Part shown: in pieces, positions 10,738 to 18,990 of the stretch
How the letters are laid out: each line of letters opens with the position of its first letter
Position numbering within the stretch: position 1 is the first letter of the stretch
Assembly: GCA_049518775.1 (NCBI GenBank)
Contig: JBEKRL010000002.1
Location: 19,689-83,688 of the forward strand
Length of the DNA stretch: 64,000 nt
Source: Candidatus Dormibacteria bacterium
GTDB taxonomy: Bacteria > Chloroflexota > Dormibacteria > Aeolococcales > Bog-877
Direction: 5' to 3'
Position numbers and translations under genes: made by a program
The notes under the pieces: generated by a model
What the model was told of the DNA's origin: nothing
The model's input: only the letters and a program-made list of their open reading frames with translations
Database searches by the model: none

Positions 10738-10853
10738 TGTTGTCTTGAACCTCCATTACCACGTTCCGGAACTCGGACGTGCTGTCGGGCTGTCCGCCAC
10801 ACCACGTCTGCCCCAAGGGTTCCGGGCATGTTAGGCGCTAGTCTAAGCGCGTG

Positions 10854-11483
10854 TCATCCCTCATGGGGGTGATTTGCGGTCTTGCCTGCCTCTGAGCTGG
10901 AGATCAGGCCCTGTCGCCAGCCCCTCAGGACCGCTCCCGCACGATCGCTGGCTCCGAGCTTGCCGAAGAGGTGGCTGACGTGGGTCTTGACAGTGTTCTC
11001 GCTGATGCAGAGGGCCACGGCGATCTCCTGATTGGACATCTCCCGGGCCATGCACTCCAGGACCTCGAGCTCTCGGGGACTGATCGGGTCAGACTCCGAG
11101 CCGGACTCCATCATCGACTCACCGGCCGCCACCCGGCGGATGGTGTCGGTGAGCTGGTCCCGGCTGACGTCCTTGAGCAGGTAGCCGCTGGCTCCCGCTC
11201 GAGAACTGAGGTTCAGGTAGTTCTCGTGGCCAAAGGTGGTCAGGATCACCACCTTGGCGGAGGGCAGCCGGTCACGGAGCAGCCTGAGCGCCGCGATGCC
11301 GTCCATGCCGCGCATCTGCACGTCCATGAGGACCACGTCGGGCCTAGTGGCCATCGCCAGCTCGACTGCAGCCTCCCCGTCGGCGACGTCACCCACCACC
11401 TCCAGGTCGACTTCCGCCTCCAGCATGGCGCAGATGCCCTCCCGGACCACCGGGTGGTCGTCGGCCACCAGGACCCGGATCAT
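10854..11483 (-). CDS. NarL/FixJ-family response regulator (REC + LuxR-type HTH)
   Basis: VLVADDHP...D...LMD receiver domain, C-terminal LuxR HTH; 4-nt overlap with the upstream kinase. Confidence 0.9.
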   Translation of the reverse strand: MIRVLVADDHPVVREGICAMLEAEVDLEVVGDVADGEAAVELAMATRPDVVLMDVQMRGMDGIAALRLLRDRLPSAKVVILTTFGHENYLNLSSRAGASGYLLKDVSRDQLTDTIRRVAAGESMMESGSESDPISPRELEVLECMAREMSNQEIAVALCISENTVKTHVSHLFGKLGASDRAGAVLRGWRQGLISSSEAGKTANHPHEG

Positions 11484-14047
11484 CCCAGTGCCCCGGTCGG
11501 AGCCGGTGCCTCAGCAGGGAGCGTGAGGATTACTCGGGTGCCCTCTCCGGGTCGGCTCACGACCTCCAGGCTCCCCCCGCAGGCGGCGGCCCGTTCCCCC
11601 ATCGAAGTGATGCCGAAGGCACCCGGGCGAGATGGGGCCGACTGATCGAATCCGGTCCCGTCGTCCCGTACCTCCAGGCACAGGTCGGAGCCGTCGCTGC
11701 TGGCGGTCACCCTTATGTTGCTCGGCCGACCGTGTTGGAGGGCGTTGGCGACCGCTTCCTGCACCACCCTGAAGGCCGCCACCTCGGCCGGCGACGAGAT
11801 GGTCGGGAGCCGGCCCCGCACCTCCAGGGTGCCGGTGACCGAGGACCGCCTTTGGACCCGGTCCAGCTCCTCCCGGATGGCGGCCAGCAGATCGGTTCTC
11901 TGAAGGGCCTGGGGCCGGAGATCCCAGACCGAGCGGCGGGCCTCCTGCAGGCTGGAGCGGGCGAGGTCGGTGGCCTGGGTCACGGCTTGCCGGGCTCGCT
12001 CCGGCTCCCGGAGGAGCCAGGCCTCAGCGGCCTGGAGCTGGACCACGATCCCCGTCAGTCCCTGGGCCAGAGTGTCATGGATCTCTCGGGCGATCCGGTT
12101 GCGCTCGTTCAGGGTGGCCATCTCCTGGGTGTCGGCGAAGAGCTGGGCGTTGCGCAGGGCCAGCGCCAGCTGGCCTCCGACGACCTCCAGCATCTCGACC
12201 TGGCGCTCCCCGGGGACCCCGCCCTGACGCAGGACCAGGTAGCCCACACTGGTGCCGGTGACCAGCAGCGGGACCACCACCAGATCGCCGAGCTGAACCG
12301 CCGTGGCCGGGGTCTGGCCGAGATCCTGCAGCGCCAGCGCCAGTTCTGCACTCCCATGCAGGGAGTCGTCGCCATCCGCGGCTCGGCCCACCAGGCGGAT
12401 GCCGTTCGGAGCGGTGCCATCCAGGAGATAGACCGAGACCTCCTGCACGTCCCAGAGCTGGCGAAGCCGGTCGGCCGCCGCAGTCGCGACGTCAGAGAGC
12501 ACCAGCGACCGGCTCAGGTCGGCGCTGACCGAGTTGAGTGTCGCCAGCTCTTCGTTGCGCTGCCGGAGCTCGGAGGTCCGCTCCTCGACCCGCTGCTCCA
12601 GGTGGTGGTGGGCGGCATCGATCAGCTCACGCTGCCGGGAGAGCCGCGTCCGCATTCTCTCGAGGGCCATCTGCAGGGCTCCGATCTCGTCGCCGGGCCC
12701 CGGGGTCACCGACACCGGGGTCTCCAGGTCGCCGGCGGCGATCCGGCGCGAGGCCCCGGTGAGGTCGGAAAGTGGATTGATGAGCCGGCGGCTGAGGATA
12801 TTGGTGATGACTACCGCCAGGAAGGCCAGTGCTACCAGGACCGGGAGCAGCAGGGCGGTCACCCCGACCAGGCCGCGGGTGATGGTCTGCGAGAAGCCGA
12901 CCACGCTGCCGTCGATTCCGGAGACCGGGACTCCGACACCCAGGCTCCACTGGCTGGCCGGCAGGGGGCTGTAGAAGACCGCGACCGGCTCCCCGGCGAG
13001 GTTGATGGTCTGCTCTCCCGCCAGCCCCAGCCGCATCTCGTTCCCCACCGACAGCCAGGGGCTGTTCTGCGACACCAGGTTCACCGCGGCGGCCTGTTTC
13101 TGCTTGGGGCCCAGGCCGAGGTCCGCAGCGGCGCCTGGCGAGTGACTGAGGACCACCCCGTCACTGCTGAGCAGGAAGCTGTAGCCTCCCTCAGAGTGGC
13201 CGGGAGCTCCGGCCAAGAAGGTGGCGACCAGGTTCTTGACCGTGATGTTGGCGCCCACCCAGAACGGGGTCCCGTTGCTGGAGACGGTCTCGGTGGCCAC
13301 CGTCACCGTCGGCCCGCCGGAGGCCTCGTTCTCATAGACCGGCGTCCACACGACCGCCTGGGCCGACTGGGGGAGCAGGTGGCGCCAGCGGGGGCTGTCG
13401 AGGGCCGATGTCTGCCGCTTCACGGCAGCCTGGTAGGCACTGGCCGGGGGCGAGAGCTGGCTGACGGTGGCCTCCTGGGCGCTGGCGATGGCCGAGGAGG
13501 GAGCCACCGCTATCAGGCCGCTGTCGGGCAGCTGGACCCAGACGTCAGCCACCTCGGGGTGGAGGTCGAAGACCAGCGCCAACTGGCTCCCCAGCGACCT
13601 CAGGGCGAGGACCTGGGAGCCCGGCTGGCTGGCTTCGGCGCCAGGACCGTAGATCGAGATCCCAGCCGACTCACTGGCTGCCGGGCTCCGGGCTGGGGGC
13701 TGGGCCAGCACCGCGCCGGTGGCCTGGCTGAGCAGCGCGACCTCGTCCTGGACCGATTCCAGTTCGTCGTTGATCACCAGGGCCTTGCTGTGGACCAGAT
13801 CCTGCAGGTGGGCGTCCTGACTGGCCTCCAGCTTGGAGTTGGCGGTCTTCAGAGCGCCGCTGTTGAGACCGGAGAGGGCCGCCAGACCGGCCAGGCTGAA
13901 GATGGCCAGCGGGATGACCGAGACGGCGAGCATGGCCACCAGGATCCGACGCCGCACACTGAGGAGCTGCCAGCGACCGATCCGACCGATCAGACGCCGG
14001 ATCCGGCCCGTCGAGGGCCAGCCGGAGTGGGCTCGTTGTCGTGGCAT
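11480..14047 (-). CDS. sensor histidine kinase: 2 TM + ~370-aa periplasmic domain, HAMP, GAF, HisKA_3, HATPase_c
   Basis: Two TM helices flank a periplasmic domain, followed by HAMP, a GAF-like block (…VSVYLLDG…), the HisKA_3 box ERNRIAREIHDTLAQ, and G1/G2 ATPase boxes. Confidence 0.85.
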   Translation of the reverse strand: MPRQRAHSGWPSTGRIRRLIGRIGRWQLLSVRRRILVAMLAVSVIPLAIFSLAGLAALSGLNSGALKTANSKLEASQDAHLQDLVHSKALVINDELESVQDEVALLSQATGAVLAQPPARSPAASESAGISIYGPGAEASQPGSQVLALRSLGSQLALVFDLHPEVADVWVQLPDSGLIAVAPSSAIASAQEATVSQLSPPASAYQAAVKRQTSALDSPRWRHLLPQSAQAVVWTPVYENEASGGPTVTVATETVSSNGTPFWVGANITVKNLVATFLAGAPGHSEGGYSFLLSSDGVVLSHSPGAAADLGLGPKQKQAAAVNLVSQNSPWLSVGNEMRLGLAGEQTINLAGEPVAVFYSPLPASQWSLGVGVPVSGIDGSVVGFSQTITRGLVGVTALLLPVLVALAFLAVVITNILSRRLINPLSDLTGASRRIAAGDLETPVSVTPGPGDEIGALQMALERMRTRLSRQRELIDAAHHHLEQRVEERTSELRQRNEELATLNSVSADLSRSLVLSDVATAAADRLRQLWDVQEVSVYLLDGTAPNGIRLVGRAADGDDSLHGSAELALALQDLGQTPATAVQLGDLVVVPLLVTGTSVGYLVLRQGGVPGERQVEMLEVVGGQLALALRNAQLFADTQEMATLNERNRIAREIHDTLAQGLTGIVVQLQAAEAWLLREPERARQAVTQATDLARSSLQEARRSVWDLRPQALQRTDLLAAIREELDRVQRRSSVTGTLEVRGRLPTISSPAEVAAFRVVQEAVANALQHGRPSNIRVTASSDGSDLCLEVRDDGTGFDQSAPSRPGAFGITSMGERAAACGGSLEVVSRPGEGTRVILTLPAEAPAPTGALG

Positions 14048-14163
14048 GGCTTACCCGGGACGTCGAGGAAGGTTCGGGCCGCCCATGGTACACGCTCCTG
14101 AATTGCCCCGGGCGGGGCGCTCGCCCCGACCCAGTCCGGTCGGGATCAGCTAAACAGTAGATT

Positions 14164-15354
14164 GTGGTGGAGATCAGCGACCGCCCCAGGTACGCCCACG
14201 TCACAATCGCGTCCAACGCCTTCAAGGGCACTCTGGCCGCGGTGGACGCCTGCCGGGCCATCTCGAAGGGCGTGGCCGATGTGTGGCCGGCGGCGGGTCG
14301 CGAGGAGGTCCCGCTCTCCGATGGTGGCGACGGCTTCCTGGAGACCCTGGTGGCCGCTCGAGGCGGCACAACGGTCGAGTGCCGCGTCAGCGGGCCGCTC
14401 CTAGAGCCAGTCTTAGCGCGTCTGGGCTGGTTGGACCGCGGCGAGCGAGGGGTCGCGGTGGCGGAACTGGCCCGAGTCTGCGGCCTGGTCCTGATTCCAT
14501 ATCCCAGCCCGGCCAGCGCCGGCCGAGCCAGCACCAGAGGGCTGGGCGAGCTGCTCCAGGTCGCCCTCAGCCAGCATCCCCGGCAGCTGCTGGTCGGGAT
14601 CGGAGGCAGCTCCTCGACCGACGGCGGCGCCGGGCTGGCCCAGGCCCTCGGATTCCGGCTCCTCGACCGCGGCGGCCGGCCGGTCCCACCGGGGGGGCTG
14701 GGGCTGCTGGAGCTGGACCGGATCGAGCCTCCCCCGTTCGATCCCGGCTGGGAGGGGGTGGAGGTGGTGGCGGCCTGCGACGTCGACAACCCGCTGCTGG
14801 GGAAGCTCGGAGCCGCGGCCGTGTTCGGCCCTCAGAAGGGTGCCGACCCCGCCATGGTGGGCCGGCTCGACCAGGGGCTGGCCCGGCTGGCCGAGATTGT
14901 CTCCCGGGACCTGGGGCGCCATGGCCTCGGGGACCGGCCGGGGATGGGTGCGGCGGGGGGCACCGGCTTCGGGCTGGCAGCCTTCATGGGCGCCCGACTC
15001 GAGAGCGGGGTGGACCTGGTCGCCGCCGTGGCCGGGCTCGACCGGGCGCTCGGGCGGGCCGACGCGGCCTTCACCGGCGAGGGCCGGTTCGACGAGGCCA
15101 GCCTGCACGGCAAGGTCACCGGCGAGGTCCTCCGCCGGGCCTCCGCCCGCGGGCTCCCCTGCGTGGTGCTGACCGGGCGCGCCGAACCCGGGCCGGAGCT
15201 GCTGGTCCAGAAGATGGGTGGGCGGGTGGTCCGGACCGCGCTCGCCACGGGGCCCTGGTCCGTCCCCGGCCACGCGCAGGCCGCCGCCGAGCTGCGCGCA
15301 GCCAGCGCCAGGGCCTGCCAGGAGCTTGAGGGAATCGCCCCCCGGGTGCGGTAG
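14164..15354 (+). CDS. glycerate kinase (GlxK/GarK family)
   Basis: N-terminal IASNAFKGTL… corresponds to the family IAPDSFKGS motif; typical size. Confidence 0.8.
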   Translation: MVEISDRPRYAHVTIASNAFKGTLAAVDACRAISKGVADVWPAAGREEVPLSDGGDGFLETLVAARGGTTVECRVSGPLLEPVLARLGWLDRGERGVAVAELARVCGLVLIPYPSPASAGRASTRGLGELLQVALSQHPRQLLVGIGGSSSTDGGAGLAQALGFRLLDRGGRPVPPGGLGLLELDRIEPPPFDPGWEGVEVVAACDVDNPLLGKLGAAAVFGPQKGADPAMVGRLDQGLARLAEIVSRDLGRHGLGDRPGMGAAGGTGFGLAAFMGARLESGVDLVAAVAGLDRALGRADAAFTGEGRFDEASLHGKVTGEVLRRASARGLPCVVLTGRAEPGPELLVQKMGGRVVRTALATGPWSVPGHAQAAAELRAASARACQELEGIAPRVR

Positions 15355-15379
15355 GCGGTGGTCCGGGTGGGGACGCCGA

Positions 15380-16390
15380 TCAGTAGACCGGGTGACACCA
15401 CTCCCGGTACTTCTCGATCTCCCCGCGGACCAGGCTGGAGTAGATCTCGTCGAGCCGGCGTGCGAACGGACCGACCGTCCCGTCGCCCACCGGCCGATGG
15501 TCGATCTCCACAACCGGGCAGACCTGGGCTGCGGTCGCGCAGAGGATCACCTCGTCGGCGATATAGAGCTCGGTGCGGTCGATCGAGCGCTCGACCAGCG
15601 GCAGCCCCAGCTCCTCGGTCCAGATCTGGATCAGGGTCGCCCTGGTGATCCCCTCGAGGATGTTGTCGGAGACCGGAGGGGTGATCAGGGCCCCCTTGCG
15701 GATGATGAAGAGGTTATCCGCCGAGCCCTCGCAGACATGGCCGTCCTGGCCCAGCAGGATGGCCTCGTCCACGCCGTTGTCGAAGGCCTCCGTCTTGGCC
15801 AGGGCGGAGTTGATGTAGACCCCGGTTACCTTGGCCCGGGCCGGCGCAGCGTTATCGTCGACCCGCCGCCAGCTGGACACCATGCAGCGCAGCCCCCGAG
15901 AGCGGTCGTGGTACTCCCCGAAAGGCTGGGCATAGATGAGGAATCCGTCCTCGAGGTCGTGGAGCCTGACCCCGATCTCCTCGGAGGCCTTGTACACCAA
16001 GGGCCGGATGTAGGTGTCGGTCCGGAAGCGATTGCGCCGGAGCAGGTCCACCGTGATCTCGGTCAGCTCATCGGCTGAGTGGGGCAGGGCCATCCGCAGG
16101 ATGGACGCGGACTGGCGCAGGCGCTGAAAGTGGTCTCGGGCCCGGAAGACGTAGAGCTGCTCTCGCGGGGCGCTCCAGAAGGCACGGATCCCCTCAAAAC
16201 AGCCGGTACCGTAGTGGAGGGCATGGGTCATCACCCCGATGTGGGCGTCGCGGTAGCGGCGCGGCTCGCCCTCGAAGAAGACCCAGGCCTCCTGCTGGTC
16301 GAAGGCTGGTCCCTGGCCAGCGGCGGAGGCCTCAGCCTTTGCAGCAGGCGGGGCCGGGGCTGATCCAACGGTCCGTTCGTGGGCAGCCAA
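15380..16390 (-). CDS. ilvE: branched-chain amino acid aminotransferase
   Basis: EAWVFFEGE…HALHYGTGCFEGIRAF…; the PLP-fold class IV motif (E193 etc.) is conserved. I chose the TTG start at 16390, 6 nt after AGGAGG; the track ORF extends to 16519 with a low-complexity N-terminus. Confidence 0.85.
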   Translation of the reverse strand: MAAHERTVGSAPAPPAAKAEASAAGQGPAFDQQEAWVFFEGEPRRYRDAHIGVMTHALHYGTGCFEGIRAFWSAPREQLYVFRARDHFQRLRQSASILRMALPHSADELTEITVDLLRRNRFRTDTYIRPLVYKASEEIGVRLHDLEDGFLIYAQPFGEYHDRSRGLRCMVSSWRRVDDNAAPARAKVTGVYINSALAKTEAFDNGVDEAILLGQDGHVCEGSADNLFIIRKGALITPPVSDNILEGITRATLIQIWTEELGLPLVERSIDRTELYIADEVILCATAAQVCPVVEIDHRPVGDGTVGPFARRLDEIYSSLVRGEIEKYREWCHPVY

Positions 16391-16509
16391 TGCAACCCTC
16401 CTGGAACTCTGGCGGACCACCTCCCAACGCAACCGGCGGCCAGTATACGCGCGCCCTTCGGGGCCGGCCCCTAGGGCCCGGATTCCCCGCCGGGCGCTGA
16501 CCGGGGCCG

Positions 16510-17820
16510 GTGATACCATCCGGCCAAGTCATGCGAACGCCACGGCTAGGTTCGGGCGTCACGCGCTGGTTGACTCCCGGTCTCCACGTCAAGCGCTGGC
16601 TCGGCGTGACCATCGTCGCGATCGTGGGGATCAGCCTGGGGATCAGCTACGCCCTGCGTGCCTTCTACCAGACCGCCTCCCTGCCCGCGTTCACCTACAA
16701 CCTCACCCTGCAGTTCTGGCCCCGCTGGGTCAGGGCCACGATCTTCGTGCTGCTCGGGCTAGCGCTCCTCGGCCTGGGCATGTACAAGCTCACCCGCTCC
16801 TTGCTCAGCCCGTTCGTCCCCGGCGGCGACAAGGCGCTGGTGGAGCGGCTCTACGACTTCCGCCGCCTCCAGAAGGGTCCGCGGATCGTGGCCGTGGGTG
16901 GGGGCACCGGGCTCTCCACCCTGCTGCGCGGGATCAAGCGTCACAGCGGCAACGTCACGGCCCTGGTCACGGTCGCCGACGACGGGGGCAGCTCGGGAAG
17001 GCTGAGATCCGAGTACCAGATCCCGCCCCCGGGTGACTTCCGTCAGTGCCTCACCGCCCTGGCCGACGTGGAGCCGCTCATGGCCGAACTCTTCCAGTAC
17101 CGCTTCCAGGAGGGGTCACTCAGCGGCCACTCCTTCGGGAACCTGTTCATCATGGCCATGACCAACATCACCGGCGACTTCGAGCACGCGCTGAGGGAGT
17201 CGGGTCGGGTGCTGGCGGTGCGGGGGCAGATCGTTCCCACCACCCTGGAGTCCGTCACCCTCTGCGCCATCGCCGGAAGTGAGGTGCTGGTGGGCGAGTC
17301 CAAGGTTCCCACCGGCAAGGCACCGATCCAGCGGGTCTTTCTGGTCCCCGAGCATCCCCGTCTCAACCCCGAAGCCCAGCTCGCGATCATGAACGCGGAG
17401 CTGGTCGTGATCGGCCCCGGCAGCCTCTACACCAGCCTGCTTCCCAACCTCCTTGTCGATGGGATGATCGAGGCCCTGCGCTCCACGCCCGCGATCAAGG
17501 TCTACGTCTGCAACGTGGCCACCCAGGCCGGCGAGACCAGCGGCTACTCGGTCTACGACCACGTCGAGGCGCTGGAGCGCTACGTGGGAAACGGCCTCTT
17601 CGACTACGTGGTCGCCAACAGCAACCTCAGCCTCCCACTCTCGCCCACCGCCCGGGAGGCCGGCGTGCACCGGGTCGCCTTCGACCGCCGCCAGGTGACC
17701 AGCAACGGCTCCCGGACCAAGTACGTCCTAGGCGACCTGGCCTCCCCCACGTTCACCACCCATCACGATCCGGACAAGCTGGCCCGCCTGCTCATGAAGC
17801 GGGTCTGGTCCAAGAGCTAG
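16510..17820 (+). CDS. YvcK/CofD-family gluconeogenesis-factor-like protein with an N-terminal ~100-aa 2-TM extension
   Basis: UPF0052 core (…IVAVGGGTGLSTLLRG…VTVADDGGSSG…); the N-terminus has two hydrophobic helices. Confidence 0.8.
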   Translation: MIPSGQVMRTPRLGSGVTRWLTPGLHVKRWLGVTIVAIVGISLGISYALRAFYQTASLPAFTYNLTLQFWPRWVRATIFVLLGLALLGLGMYKLTRSLLSPFVPGGDKALVERLYDFRRLQKGPRIVAVGGGTGLSTLLRGIKRHSGNVTALVTVADDGGSSGRLRSEYQIPPPGDFRQCLTALADVEPLMAELFQYRFQEGSLSGHSFGNLFIMAMTNITGDFEHALRESGRVLAVRGQIVPTTLESVTLCAIAGSEVLVGESKVPTGKAPIQRVFLVPEHPRLNPEAQLAIMNAELVVIGPGSLYTSLLPNLLVDGMIEALRSTPAIKVYVCNVATQAGETSGYSVYDHVEALERYVGNGLFDYVVANSNLSLPLSPTAREAGVHRVAFDRRQVTSNGSRTKYVLGDLASPTFTTHHDPDKLARLLMKRVWSKS

Positions 17821-17826
17821 TCGGCG

Positions 17827-18990
17827 CTAGCCCTTTCCCAGCACCTGGTCCGGGGCGAGAAGGTTCTGGGGCAGGGTGAGGGTACGGTGCTCAACCGCCT
17901 CCAGCGCCTCTTGGACCAGCTCCTCGAGCAAAGCTGGGAAGGGCACCCCGCTGGCCTCCCAGAGGTAGAAGGCCAGAGAGCCGGGGAGGGTGTTGACCTC
18001 GTTGACGTAGAGCTCGCCCGTCTCCGAGAGGAGGAAGTCGACCCGGGCCGACCCCGCACATCCGAGCGCGTCGAACGCCCGGACCGCCAGCCGCTGGACC
18101 TCCGCCCGGGTGGCCTCAGGGATCGCGGCCGGGAGCTCGCGCCGGGGGTCGCCGGAGCTGGCCTTGGCGCCGGCCCGCTTGCCTCCCGCTGACAGCGGCC
18201 CGGCCCGCTTGCCCTGGCCGGCGTACTTGTCCGCGTAGCTGAGAGGGCCGGTGCCCTTGACGGGCCGCTCCACCTCCGAGAAGCGGGGCTCGCGCAGCTT
18301 CACCGCGCAGTTCAGGTCCATCGCGCCCGGCACGGCCGGCTCCAGTACCAGTCCGGTGTCGTACTCCAGGGCCAGTTCCGCCGCCCGCGCCAGCTCGAGC
18401 TCGTCGCCAGCCAGTCCCACCCCCACGCTGGAACCGCCCCGGTTGGGCTTGACCACAACCGGGAAGCCGAGCTGCGCGGCCACCCGCCGCGCCTGCTCAG
18501 CATCACCCGCCGCCAGGGAGGGTACCGCGGGCAGTCCCGCCGCCCGCAGCACCTGCTTGGAGCGGAGCTTGTCCATGGCCAGCGCGGCCGCCAGGGTGCC
18601 GCTCCCCACCTGGGGCAACCGGGCCATGGCCGCCAGGCCGGCCAGGTTGCCGTCCTCGCCGAAGGTCCCGTGCAGGAGGGGGAAGAGCACCAGGTCGCCC
18701 AGCTCCCGGGGCCGGCCCAGGAGGGAGCCGCCTCCGACCAGGAGCTGGCCCTTGGCGAGGTCGAGGAGCACCGTCCCTCCCTCCTCCGGGAGCCGCTTTC
18801 GGAAGGTGGCCAGATCAGTGAAGCTGGGGTGGGTGAGCCAGCGTCCCTGCTTGGTGATGTAGATGGGGATGAGCCGGGCCCCCAGCTCGGCCAGCACCGG
18901 CATCGCCTGGCAGGCGGTGATGATGCTGATCTCGTGCTCCACCGAGCGGGAGCCGAAGACCGGAGCCACGGTCACCCCGGAGAGGCTCAT
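17827..18990 (-). CDS. ddl: D-alanine--D-alanine ligase
   Basis: Start at MSLSGVTVAPVFGSRSVEHEISI…; ATP-grasp motifs; ATGA overlap with the murF-like stop. Confidence 0.9.
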   Translation of the reverse strand: MSLSGVTVAPVFGSRSVEHEISIITACQAMPVLAELGARLIPIYITKQGRWLTHPSFTDLATFRKRLPEEGGTVLLDLAKGQLLVGGGSLLGRPRELGDLVLFPLLHGTFGEDGNLAGLAAMARLPQVGSGTLAAALAMDKLRSKQVLRAAGLPAVPSLAAGDAEQARRVAAQLGFPVVVKPNRGGSSVGVGLAGDELELARAAELALEYDTGLVLEPAVPGAMDLNCAVKLREPRFSEVERPVKGTGPLSYADKYAGQGKRAGPLSAGGKRAGAKASSGDPRRELPAAIPEATRAEVQRLAVRAFDALGCAGSARVDFLLSETGELYVNEVNTLPGSLAFYLWEASGVPFPALLEELVQEALEAVEHRTLTLPQNLLAPDQVLGKG

